From an uncultured Clostridia bacterium (GTDB lineage Bacteria; Bacillota; Clostridia; Christensenellales; Aristaeellaceae): a stretch of DNA of 30,606 nucleotides. The stretch covers positions 1 to 30,606 of the forward strand of contig CAKUFG010000028.1 of the NCBI GenBank assembly GCA_934647235.1. Direction: 5' to 3'. Below the pieces are notes generated by a model. That model was not told the origin of the DNA. It saw nothing but the letters and a program-made list of their open reading frames with translations, and made no database searches. Of the stretch, positions 7,920-16,173 are shown piece by piece; the stretch's first letter is position 1, and the number at the start of each line of letters is the position of its first letter. Both the position numbers and the translations under genes were made by a program.

Positions 7920-9287
7920 ATGAAGAAGCGATTGAACGGAAGAGAAACGCTGCTGATCGCCACGATGCTGTTCGGCATGTTTTTTGGCGCGGGGAATCTG
8001 ATTTTCCCGGTTTATATGGGACAGCTGGCGGGCCGCAATATCTGGAAGGCCATCGCCGGCTTTATCATCACGGGCGTCAGCATGCCGCTGCTGGGCGTAG
8101 CGGCCATCGGCGTCAGCCGCAGCAACGGCCTGTTTGAGCTCAGCTCCAAGGTCAGCCGCCCCTACGGCTACTTTTTCACCTGCGCGCTGTACCTGTCCAT
8201 CGGCCCCTTCTTCGCCATCCCGCGCTGCGCGACGGTGCCCTTCACCGTGGCGGTATCCGGCCTGCTGCCCGCCGAGGAGCAGGGGCTGGCGCTGGCTGTT
8301 TTCTCGCTGATCTTCTTTGCGCTGGTGCTGGGCTTCTCGCTCAATCCGGGCAAAATCCTCACCTACGTCGGCAAGGTGCTGACCCCCGTTTTTCTGGTCT
8401 TCCTGGCGATCCTGGTAATCATGGCGCTGGTCAATCCCGTGGTGGATGTGGCCGCGGTGGAGCCGCAGGGCAGCTATGTTTCAAAGTCCTTCTTCACCGG
8501 CTTTCTGGAGGGCTACAACACCATGGATATGCTGGCCAGCCTGGCCTTCGGCATCGTGGTAATCAACGTGCTGCGCTCCCTGGGCGTCAACGAGCCGCAG
8601 GATATCGCGCGCTCCACAGCCAAGGCGGGCTTTTTCAGCTGCCTGATCATGGCGGTGATTTACGTGTTCGTCACCCTGATGGGCGCGCAGAGCAGCGGCA
8701 TGGGCGTCGCCTGCGCCAATGGCGGCGAGGTGCTCTCGGTGGTTGCCAACCATTATTTCGGCCGCGCGGGCGCGCTGATTCTGGCCGCGACGGTCACGCT
8801 GGCGTGCCTCAAAACCTCGGTCGGGCTGGTTACCAGCTGCGCGGAAACCTTTGTAGCGCTGTTCCCCAAGGGCCCGCGCTACCGCGTATGGGCGGTCATT
8901 TTCAGCGTGCTCTCCTTCCTGGTGGCCAATCTGGGCCTGAGCGCGATCATCGATTACTCCCTGCCGGTGCTGATGCTGCTGTATCCGCTGGCCATCACAC
9001 TGGGGCTGCTGGGTTTGCTGGGCGGCATCTTCCAGCATGACCGCGCCATTTATGCTTCCGTCACCTTCTTCACCCTCGTCGCCGCGCTGTTCGACTTCTT
9101 CAAGGCGCTGCCTAAGCCTGTCATCAGCAAGCTACACCTGCAGGGCGCGATCGACTTTGCCGAGAAGACGCTGCCCTTCTTTGACCTGAGCGTGGGCTGG
9201 CTGTGTCCTGCCATCGTGGGCCTGGCTGTTGGCATAGGCATCCGGCTGATCCGCCGCAGACGCGCCTCCGCCAGGACCGCCGCATGA
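7920..9287 (+). CDS. brnQ: Branched-chain amino acid transport system II carrier (LIVCS family), 455 aa
   Basis: N-terminus LLIATMLFGMFFGAGNLIFPVYMGQLAG is diagnostic of BrnQ. About 12 hydrophobic segments are present. Confidence 0.92.
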   Translation: MKKRLNGRETLLIATMLFGMFFGAGNLIFPVYMGQLAGRNIWKAIAGFIITGVSMPLLGVAAIGVSRSNGLFELSSKVSRPYGYFFTCALYLSIGPFFAIPRCATVPFTVAVSGLLPAEEQGLALAVFSLIFFALVLGFSLNPGKILTYVGKVLTPVFLVFLAILVIMALVNPVVDVAAVEPQGSYVSKSFFTGFLEGYNTMDMLASLAFGIVVINVLRSLGVNEPQDIARSTAKAGFFSCLIMAVIYVFVTLMGAQSSGMGVACANGGEVLSVVANHYFGRAGALILAATVTLACLKTSVGLVTSCAETFVALFPKGPRYRVWAVIFSVLSFLVANLGLSAIIDYSLPVLMLLYPLAITLGLLGLLGGIFQHDRAIYASVTFFTLVAALFDFFKALPKPVISKLHLQGAIDFAEKTLPFFDLSVGWLCPAIVGLAVGIGIRLIRRRRASARTAA

Positions 9288-10510
9288 ACGTCTCGCTGAA
9301 GCAGGATGCGCTGCAGATCATGCGCGCCGCCTTTGACGCGGTGCTGCCTGACGCGGCGGTGAACCGGGCGCTGCGCGGGCGGCGGTTTGACCGGCCCGTC
9401 ACGCTGTTTGCCATCGGCAAGGCGGGCTGGCGCATGGCGCGCGCCGCCTTTGACGCGCTGGGCGCGTCCCAGGTGCGGCAGGGCGTTGTCATCACCAAAT
9501 ATCAGCACAGCGAAGGCCCCATCGGCAATCTGGAAATTTATGAGGCCGCGCATCCCGTGCCTGATGAAAACGGCGTGGCCGCCGCGCGCCGCGCCATGGA
9601 CATGGCGCAGGCTCTGACGGCTGCGGACACAGCCATTCTGCTGATCTCCGGCGGCGGCTCGGCGCTGTTTGAGTGTCCCTATGCGGGCGTTACCCTGTCC
9701 GATATCGCCGATATTACCCGTCAGCTATTGGCCTGCGGGGCGGATATCGGCGAAATCAACTGCCTGCGCAAGCGGCTTTCCGCTGTCAAGGGCGGGCGCT
9801 TTGCCCAGCTTCTGGCCCCGGCAAAGCTGATCACCATCGTGCTCAGCGACGTGCTGGGGGATCCGGTGGATGTAATCGCCTCCGGCCCCGCGCATCCTGA
9901 TCAAAGCACCTGCGCCCAGGCCCAGGAAATTGTGCAGAAATACCGCCTGCTTTTTTCCCCTGCCGCCCAGGAAGCGCTGCATATCGAAACGCCCAAAGCA
10001 CTCTCAGGCGTAGAAACGGTGATCGCCGGCAACGTGCGCCTGCTATGCGAAGCTGCGGCGCGCGAGGCGCAGTGCCTTGGCTATACCGCTGAAATCATGG
10101 ATACCGCGCTATCCTGCGAGGCGCGTGAAGCAGGCGCCATGATCGCCGCGCATGCCGTCACGGCACAGAGCCCCTGCGCAATGATCTGGGGCGGCGAAAC
10201 GATTGTGCATCTGCACGGTCACGGCAAGGGCGGCCGCAATCAGGAGGTCGCTCTGGGCGCTGCGCAGACGCTGGCCGGTCTGTCAAACGCCTGCGTGCTG
10301 GCGGCAGGCTCGGACGGCACGGACGGCCCCACCGATGCGGCCGGCGGGCTGGTGGACGGCGCGTTTTTCGCCCATGCAGGCGCGCAGGCCATCGCTCAAA
10401 GCCTGGCGGACAACAACGCCTATCCCCTGCTCAGGCAGCACGACGCGCTGATTATCACCGGCCCCACGGGCACAAATGTAAACGATCTGTATATGCTGCT
10501 CAAGCGATAA
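9284..10510 (+). CDS. MOFRL-family glycerate kinase (GckA/TtuD-type, DUF4147+MOFRL), 408 aa
   Basis: Motifs seen: FAIGKAGWRMA, LISGGGSALFE, VLSDVLGD, WGGETIVHLHGHGKGGRNQE and GSDGTDGPTDAAG. The ATG at 9284 overlaps the brnQ stop (ATGA). Confidence 0.88.
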   Translation: MNVSLKQDALQIMRAAFDAVLPDAAVNRALRGRRFDRPVTLFAIGKAGWRMARAAFDALGASQVRQGVVITKYQHSEGPIGNLEIYEAAHPVPDENGVAAARRAMDMAQALTAADTAILLISGGGSALFECPYAGVTLSDIADITRQLLACGADIGEINCLRKRLSAVKGGRFAQLLAPAKLITIVLSDVLGDPVDVIASGPAHPDQSTCAQAQEIVQKYRLLFSPAAQEALHIETPKALSGVETVIAGNVRLLCEAAAREAQCLGYTAEIMDTALSCEAREAGAMIAAHAVTAQSPCAMIWGGETIVHLHGHGKGGRNQEVALGAAQTLAGLSNACVLAAGSDGTDGPTDAAGGLVDGAFFAHAGAQAIAQSLADNNAYPLLRQHDALIITGPTGTNVNDLYMLLKR

Positions 10511-10540
10511 CGAGGCAGGCGCAAAGCCCCTCGTTTTTTA
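10510..10540 (+). terminator. Intrinsic terminator after the glycerate kinase gene
   Basis: ACGAGG...CCTCGT stem with inner GGC/GCC pairs, followed by TTTTTTATTT. Confidence 0.7.
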
Positions 10541-10553
10541 TTTGCACGCCATC

Positions 10554-10582
10554 TTGCCTGCGAGCTTTATGTATGTTACAAT
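10554..10582 (+). promoter_or_regulatory. SigA-type promoter of the AraC-family gene
   Basis: TTGCCT (10554-10559), a 17-nt spacer, then TGtTACAAT (-10 at 10577-10582). Confidence 0.5.
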
Positions 10583-10662
10583 GCAATTGCAGATCATATT
10601 TCTGCAAATTTTGCGTTTTTCAGCCAGTTAATTTCCATTTTGTGACCCACAAGGAGGCGATC

Positions 10663-11568
10663 ATGAAGCTGCTTTCGCATTATCGCTCCGCCACCAACAA
10701 GCACTTTTCCAACTGGAGCGAATATGACATCAACGAAAACATGATCTATTCCCACCGCAGCACGCAGTACAACCGCGAAACCTACCCCGTCGGGCTGCAT
10801 TTTCATGATTATTACGAGCTGCTCATTGTGGAGGGCGGCGACGTGCGCTATATCTGCGAAAGCGCGTCCTACCTGCCCCGCTACGGCGACGTAATCCTGA
10901 TTCCCCCCGGCAAGCTGCACATGTCCATGATCAACGCCGAAAGCACCACCTACTCGCGCTGCGTGTTCTATCTGTACGACAACGCCTTCGACGCCATCGG
11001 CTGCTCGCCGCTGCTGGATTTTCTGCACCGGCACGAGAGCAGCGGGCAGTTTTTCACCTCCCTCAAGCCCCGCCGCATGGAGGAGCTGACCGCCCTGCTG
11101 GCGCGGCTGGACGCGGCGCTTGAAAGCGGCCAGCCCGAGGATCACGCGCTGGCCCTGGGGCTGATCCTGCAGGTATTCTATCTGCTCAACAAGCCTGCCG
11201 ATGAAAGCACGCACCACGAGGCTTATTTTCCCCAGAACGTGCTGGATATCCAGCATTATCTGGATACGCACTTTGCCGAGGTATCCACTGTGGCCGATGT
11301 AGCCGAGCACTTTTTCTACAGCCGGGAGTATGTATCCCGCCTGTTCAAAAAGTACCTCAACACCACCGTGGCCAACTATGTGCTGCAGCGCCGCATCGTA
11401 TACAGCCAGCGCCTGATCGAGGCCGACGTGCCGCTGCTGGACGTGTGCTACCAGGCCGGCTTTGGCAGCACATCCTCCTTTATCCGCGCCTTCCAGAGCG
11501 TCACGGGCATGACGCCCTCCAAGTACCGGCACGCGCATCAGGAAAGGCGCAAGCCGGCAGGGCCCTGA
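10663..11568 (+). CDS. AraC-family transcriptional regulator (cupin sensor + HTH), 301 aa
   Basis: N-terminal cupin HFHDYYELLIVEGGDVRYI. C-terminal AraC HTH ...YVSRLFKKYLNTTVANYV...GFGSTSSFIRAFQSVTGMTPSKYR. RBS AAGGAGG lies 5 nt upstream of the ATG at 10663. Confidence 0.9.
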   Translation: MKLLSHYRSATNKHFSNWSEYDINENMIYSHRSTQYNRETYPVGLHFHDYYELLIVEGGDVRYICESASYLPRYGDVILIPPGKLHMSMINAESTTYSRCVFYLYDNAFDAIGCSPLLDFLHRHESSGQFFTSLKPRRMEELTALLARLDAALESGQPEDHALALGLILQVFYLLNKPADESTHHEAYFPQNVLDIQHYLDTHFAEVSTVADVAEHFFYSREYVSRLFKKYLNTTVANYVLQRRIVYSQRLIEADVPLLDVCYQAGFGSTSSFIRAFQSVTGMTPSKYRHAHQERRKPAGP

Positions 11569-11669
11569 CAGGCATGGGCGGCCCCTGGCTTCAGGCTCTG
11601 CCGCCGCTCAGCCCGCATTGTTATCGCTTATTCTCAATTAAAATAAAATTGCACATACGGAGGAACACC

Positions 11670-13082
11670 ATGATTCAGTTTGGAACCGGCGGATGGCGCG
11701 CCAGAATCGGCGAGGATTTTACCTGTGACAACGTGCGCCGCGTAGGCGGCGCGGTATGCGCGTGGCTGAAGGAAAACGGCCGCACGGACCGGCCGGTCAT
11801 TATCGGCTACGACCGGCGCTTTCTCTCCTGCGAAGCGGCCAAATGGCTGGCGGAGGTATTCTGCGCGCAGGGCTTTCAGGTGCTTTTTCTGCACCGCAGC
11901 GCGCCCACGCCCCTGCTGATGCACACGGTGCTCAAGCAGCGCCTGCACTGCGCCCTGCAGGTAACGGCCAGCCATAACCCGGCCATTTACAACGGCATCA
12001 AGCTGATTGTGGAGGAGGGCCGCGACGCGCCGGTGGAAACCACGCAGCGCATCGAGGAGTTTGCCAACGGCACGGCGCTGGATACGCGCTTTGTGCCCTT
12101 CGCCGTGGGCGAGGCCAACGGCAGCATCCAGTATGTCAAAAATCCCTTCAACGATTTTCTGGATGATATCCTGGCCCGCATCAATGGTCAGGCCATCCGC
12201 GATCGCGGGCTGCGCATCCTGTTTGACTCCATGCACGGCTCGGGCACCTACGCGCTGATGGTTATCCTGCATACCGTGCGCTGCACGGTGGACGTCATCC
12301 ACACCGAGCGCGACGCCTACTTTGGCGGCATCGCCCCCGCGCCCAGCGAGCGCACCCTGGGCGAGCTGTCCGAAAAGGTGGTGGACGGCGGCTACGATCT
12401 GGGCATCGCCCTGGACGGCGACGGCGACCGTCTGGGCATCATCGACAGCAGCGGCCGCTATATTGCAGCCAATGAAATTCTGGTGATGCTGTACTACTAT
12501 CTGCACGAATACAAGGGCTGGAAGGGCCCGGTGGTGCGCAACATGTCCACCACGCATATGCTGGACGCGGTGGCCAACGCCCTGGGCGAAGTCTGCTATG
12601 AGGTGCCGGTGGGCTTCAAGTGGATCTCCGCCAAGATCGACGAGGTGGACGCGGTGCTGGGCGGCGAATCCAGCGGCGGCCTGACCGTGCGTGGCCATAT
12701 CCACGGCAAGGATTCAGCCTACGCCGCGGCGCTGTTTGTGGAGATGGTGTCGGTGATGAACGCCTCCCCTGCGCAGATCATGGCTGATCTGATCAGCCGT
12801 TTCGGCGCCTTTGAAATGGCGGACAGCGATTTTTCCTATCCTGCCGAGCAAAAGCCCCAGCTGACGCACCTGCTGTTTGAACAAAAGGCCCTGCCTGCCT
12901 TTGACCGCCCCGTGCGGCGCGTCAGCTATGAGGACGGCTGCAAGGTGTATTTTGAGGACGGCGGCTTTGTGGTGTGCCGCTTCTCGGGCACCGAGCCGCT
13001 GCTGCGCTTCTGCGCCGAGGCCGATACAAAGGAAAAGGCCCAGGCCAGCATCCAGGCGTTCAAGGATTTGCTGAAGTTGTAA
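11670..13082 (+). CDS. Phosphoglucomutase/phosphomannomutase-family phosphohexomutase, 470 aa
   Basis: Catalytic Ser loop TASHNPAIYNG, Mg loop LDGDGDRLG and sugar loop GGESSGG are present. RBS GGAGGA lies upstream of the ATG at 11670. Confidence 0.92.
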   Translation: MIQFGTGGWRARIGEDFTCDNVRRVGGAVCAWLKENGRTDRPVIIGYDRRFLSCEAAKWLAEVFCAQGFQVLFLHRSAPTPLLMHTVLKQRLHCALQVTASHNPAIYNGIKLIVEEGRDAPVETTQRIEEFANGTALDTRFVPFAVGEANGSIQYVKNPFNDFLDDILARINGQAIRDRGLRILFDSMHGSGTYALMVILHTVRCTVDVIHTERDAYFGGIAPAPSERTLGELSEKVVDGGYDLGIALDGDGDRLGIIDSSGRYIAANEILVMLYYYLHEYKGWKGPVVRNMSTTHMLDAVANALGEVCYEVPVGFKWISAKIDEVDAVLGGESSGGLTVRGHIHGKDSAYAAALFVEMVSVMNASPAQIMADLISRFGAFEMADSDFSYPAEQKPQLTHLLFEQKALPAFDRPVRRVSYEDGCKVYFEDGGFVVCRFSGTEPLLRFCAEADTKEKAQASIQAFKDLLKL

Positions 13083-13095
13083 ATCGCCGCATCGC

Positions 13096-13141
13096 AAAAA
13101 GCGGCCCCAGGATCAGACATTCGATCCTGAGGCCGTTTTTG
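13096..13141. terminator. Bidirectional intrinsic terminator (phosphohexomutase / rhomboid-like gene)
   Basis: 13-bp stem CGGCCCCAGGATC (13102-13114) / GATCCTGAGGCCG (13123-13135) with one mismatch. It is flanked by AAAAA (13096-13100) and TTTTT (13136-13140). Confidence 0.8.
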
Positions 13142-13157
13142 ATTTGCGTTTATGCTT

Positions 13158-13838
13158 TTATTTTCTGAACATCCTGCGGCGCTTCCACTGGGCGTACTGG
13201 ATATGCGCCGTCTTGTAGATATCCTCGCCGAAGAACAGCGCCACATTGACCAGCGAAGCGATGGCCGCGCAGCGGAACTGCGTCGGGCCGGAAATAAGAG
13301 CGATCAGGAAATAGACAAGGTCGAGAGCCGCCAGCCACTTGGCCTTGACCGGGATGACGAAAAACAGCATAAACTGCTCGTCCGGATACAGCGCGGCAAA
13401 GGCCAGGAACAGCGACATATACAGATAGGCGTTCGTGCCTACGCCATAGCCGGTAATCAGGTGTCCGATAAACGCGCCCGCCACATTGGCCGCTGCGCCG
13501 ATCACATAATAGATCAGAAAGCGCCGCGCGCCCCAGCGATTTTCCAGCGCCGTGCCGATCAGATAGTAAAAATACAGGCTAATGACGCACCACAGAATCC
13601 TGGTATCGGTGGGAATAATCAGCCATGTCACCAGCCGCCAGACCTGCCCCTGCAGCACGGCGGGAATGTTCAGCGTCAGATACCCCATCAGGTCAAGGTG
13701 CGCGGTGTAGGCCGTGGTCATGCCCAGAAACAGATCCAGCAGGAACACGCCGCCCATGGCAAAGATGATATAGCGCATGATGGGCGGGATGTTGTATTTG
13801 TACAGCCTGCGCTCCAGGCGATTGAGCCAATTGTGCAT
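13158..13838 (-). CDS. Rhomboid-fold polytopic membrane protein, apparently non-catalytic, 226 aa
   Basis: Carries the rhomboid L1/TM2 signature QVWRLVTW...IGTALENRWGARRFLIYYVIG and about 6 hydrophobic segments. ATG at 13838 has RBS GGGAGGTG. By-eye alignment to GlpG places Thr where the Ser nucleophile sits and finds no TM6 His. Confidence 0.65.
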   Translation of the reverse strand: MHNWLNRLERRLYKYNIPPIMRYIIFAMGGVFLLDLFLGMTTAYTAHLDLMGYLTLNIPAVLQGQVWRLVTWLIIPTDTRILWCVISLYFYYLIGTALENRWGARRFLIYYVIGAAANVAGAFIGHLITGYGVGTNAYLYMSLFLAFAALYPDEQFMLFFVIPVKAKWLAALDLVYFLIALISGPTQFRCAAIASLVNVALFFGEDIYKTAHIQYAQWKRRRMFRK

Positions 13839-13880
13839 AGGCACCTCCCAAGATAAAAAATGCTTTGCCTTTCCATTTCT

Positions 13881-13909
13881 ATTATACCCGGTTTCTGTTT
13901 TCGCGTCAA
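13881..13909 (-). promoter_or_regulatory. SigA-type promoter of the rhomboid-like gene
   Basis: The minus strand reads TTGACG (13909-13904), a 17-nt spacer, then TATAAT (13886-13881). Confidence 0.55.
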
Positions 13910-13923
13910 TCATTGCCGCACGC

Positions 13924-13953
13924 GCATGCTTTGCAGCCCTTCTGCGCACAATA
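13924..13953 (+). promoter_or_regulatory. Candidate forespore sigma-G-type promoter for spoVA
   Basis: GCATG (13924-13928), an 18-nt spacer, then CACAATA (13947-13953). The B. subtilis sigma-G consensus is GHATR-18-CATXHTA, so there is one mismatch. It sits about 150 nt upstream of spoVAC. Confidence 0.3.
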
Positions 13954-14104
13954 AGGCTGAAAACATGCCGGAGGCGCAGCCATGGACAATCAACACCGCT
14001 CGTTTCCTCATCCGCTGCTGCGGCTGCCGCGCGCGGGCGACCGGGAAATCCGCCAGAAGGATATCCGCGCGCTGCCGATCAGCCGGGAAAGGAAGTGCTG
14101 AGCA

Positions 14105-14566
14105 ATGCAGCAAAGCTCCTCAAAACAGGATCGAATCGCACAGTACAAGGCGCTGATCGCCCGTTTGACCCCCAAGAGCAAGGTAGGCCAGGGCGCGCTG
14201 CGCGCCTTCTGGGTAGGCGGCGCCATCTGCGTGCTGGGGCAGGTCATCAGCGATATCGGCACGCGCATGCTGGGCCTGACGCTGATGCAGGCCTCCAGCC
14301 TGACCAGCGTGACGCTGGTGTTTCTGACCGCCCTGCTGACGGGCGTCGGCGTGTTTGACGTGATCGCCAAATACGCGGGCGCAGGCACCGTGGTGCCCAT
14401 CACCGGCTTTGCCAACGCCATGGTATCCCCCGCAATGGAGTTTCGTCCCGAGGGCTGGGTGCTGGGCACGGGCGCGCGGCTGTTCACCATTGCCGGGCCT
14501 GTGCTGGTATACGGCGTTTCAGCATCGGTCATCGTGGGCATCGTCTACTATTTTATCTATCTGTGA
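14105..14566 (+). CDS. spoVAC: Stage V sporulation protein AC, 153 aa
   Basis: LRAFWVGGAICVLGQ...AGAGTVVPITGFANAM...GPVLVYG is typical of SpoVAC. The gene heads the spoVAC-AD-AE order. Confidence 0.93.
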   Translation: MQQSSSKQDRIAQYKALIARLTPKSKVGQGALRAFWVGGAICVLGQVISDIGTRMLGLTLMQASSLTSVTLVFLTALLTGVGVFDVIAKYAGAGTVVPITGFANAMVSPAMEFRPEGWVLGTGARLFTIAGPVLVYGVSASVIVGIVYYFIYL

Positions 14567-14574
14567 GGCCCGGT

Positions 14575-15615
14575 ATGCAGGCAGAAAATCGCATTGGTTA
14601 TCAAACCATTGAATACAGAACAAAGCCCTGGATCATGGCCTCGGCCTGCGCGGTCGGCCCGCGCGAAGGGCAGGGCCCGCTGGGCGACTGCTTTGATCTG
14701 GTGGCGCAGGACGCGGCCTTTGGGCAGAATAGCTACGAGCAGGCCGAGGCCGCGCTGCTGCGCGAAGCCTGCCGGCTGTGCCTGGCCAAGGCCAGCGTCG
14801 GCGAAAAGGGCGTGCAGGCCATGGTGGGCGGCGATCTGCTGAACCAGATCATGCCCTCCGCCCTGGCGGCACGGGAATTGAAATTCCCCTTTCTCGGCCT
14901 GTACGGCGCGTGCAGCACCATGTCCGAAGGGCTGCTCACAGGCGGCATGATGTGCGACGGCGGCTATGCTTCGCCTGTGCTGTGCACGGCCAGCAGCCAT
15001 TACGCCACGGCGGAGCGGCAGTACCGCTACCCGCTGGAATACGGCAATCAGCGCTCGCCCGCATCGCAGTGGACGGTCACGGGCGGCGGCGCAGTGCTGC
15101 TCAGCCTGCCCGAAGCCCTGCCCGGCACGCCCATGGCACGGCTGGCGCGCGGCTGCATCGGCCGGGTGGTGGATCTGGGCGTAACCGACAACAACAACAT
15201 GGGCGCGGCCATGGCCCCGGCTGCCGCGGCCACCCTGTGCGCCTATATGGACGATACAGGCGATACGCCCGAACAGTTTGACCGCATCATCACGGGCGAC
15301 CTTGGCATGGTGGGCAGCGACCTTCTGCTGGCCTGGTGCGAAAAGATGGGCCATTCCCTGCCGCGCGAGCGCATGATGGACTGCGGTCTGACCATTTATG
15401 ATCCCTCACAGGACAGCCACGCGGGCGGCTCGGGCTGCGGATGCTCGGCCACCGTGCTCAGCGCCTATATCCTGCCCCGCATTCAGCGCGGCGAGTGGAA
15501 GCGCGTGCTGTTCATGGCCACAGGCGCGCTGCTCAGCCCCACCACTACGCAGCAGGGCGAGAGCATTCCGGGCGTGGCGCACGCGGTAATCATCGAGGGG
15601 GTGGGCGCATGCTGA
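14575..15615 (+). CDS. spoVAD: Stage V sporulation protein AD (thiolase-like fold), 346 aa
   Basis: IGYQTIEY...ASACAVGPREGQGPLGDCFD... matches the SpoVAD N-terminus. ATG at 14575 has GAGG 6 nt upstream. The alternative GTG at 14563 overlaps the spoVAC stop. Confidence 0.92.
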   Translation: MQAENRIGYQTIEYRTKPWIMASACAVGPREGQGPLGDCFDLVAQDAAFGQNSYEQAEAALLREACRLCLAKASVGEKGVQAMVGGDLLNQIMPSALAARELKFPFLGLYGACSTMSEGLLTGGMMCDGGYASPVLCTASSHYATAERQYRYPLEYGNQRSPASQWTVTGGGAVLLSLPEALPGTPMARLARGCIGRVVDLGVTDNNNMGAAMAPAAAATLCAYMDDTGDTPEQFDRIITGDLGMVGSDLLLAWCEKMGHSLPRERMMDCGLTIYDPSQDSHAGGSGCGCSATVLSAYILPRIQRGEWKRVLFMATGALLSPTTTQQGESIPGVAHAVIIEGVGAC

Positions 15616-15980
15616 CAATGCTACTGATGTACGTCAAGGCCTTTGCCGTGGGCGGGCTGTTCTGCCTGATCGGCGAAATCCTGATCCTGAAAACCAAGCT
15701 CACACCCGCGCGCATCCTGGTGTGCTATATCACGGCGGGCGTGATTCTCAGCGCCGTCGGGCTGTACGGCCCCATCGCGCAGTTTGCGGGGGCAGGTGCT
15801 ACGGTGCCCCTGACGGGCTTTGGCCACGCGCTGGCGCAAGGAGCCATCCGCGCCGTGCAGGAAACCGGGCTGCTGGGCGCCTTCACCGGCGGGCTGACAG
15901 CCACTGCGGGCGGCATTGCCGCAGCGATATTCTTTGGCTTTCTGGCCGCGCTGTGCTTTAAGCCCAAGCCCAAGACATAA
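15609..15980 (+). CDS. spoVAE: Stage V sporulation protein AE (AEB-type), 123 aa
   Basis: MLTMLLMYVKAFAVGGLFCLIGEIL...GAGATVPLTGFGHAL. The ATG at 15609 overlaps the spoVAD stop (ATGCTGA). Confidence 0.9.
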   Translation: MLTMLLMYVKAFAVGGLFCLIGEILILKTKLTPARILVCYITAGVILSAVGLYGPIAQFAGAGATVPLTGFGHALAQGAIRAVQETGLLGAFTGGLTATAGGIAAAIFFGFLAALCFKPKPKT

Positions 15981-15999
15981 CGTGCAAAGCAATTTTCAT

Positions 16000-16038
16000 G
16001 CATCCTCTGATAATTCGAAGGATGCTTTTTTATTTTTT
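16000..16038 (+). terminator. Intrinsic terminator after spoVA operon
   Basis: GCATCCT (16000-16006) / AGGATGC (16019-16025) stem, followed by TTTTTTATTTTTT. Confidence 0.85.
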
Positions 16039-16069
16039 CAAAAAACGGCTTTAATTTTGCTCAACTGGC

Positions 16070-16098
16070 TTGCGTGCCAATTGAATCTGCGCTATAAT
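16070..16098 (+). promoter_or_regulatory. SigA-type promoter of the hydrolase / giant protein / sortase operon
   Basis: TTGCGT (16070-16075), a 17-nt spacer, then TATAAT (16093-16098). Confidence 0.5.
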
Positions 16099-16173
16099 GA
16101 AGCTGGTATATAAGCGCCGCATCTCTTCTTGATTTCCGCACATAAAGCAATCTGCCAAAGGAGCCGTAAAGCT

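Noticed and set aside
13860-14156. Small ORFs in the spoVA upstream region (98 aa on the plus strand, 67 aa on the minus strand at 13910..14113, and the long frame at 13777..14358)
   Set aside because: They have no RBS and are Arg/Cys/Ala-rich translations of GC-rich DNA. They overlap each other and the spoVAC start, and they show no motif.
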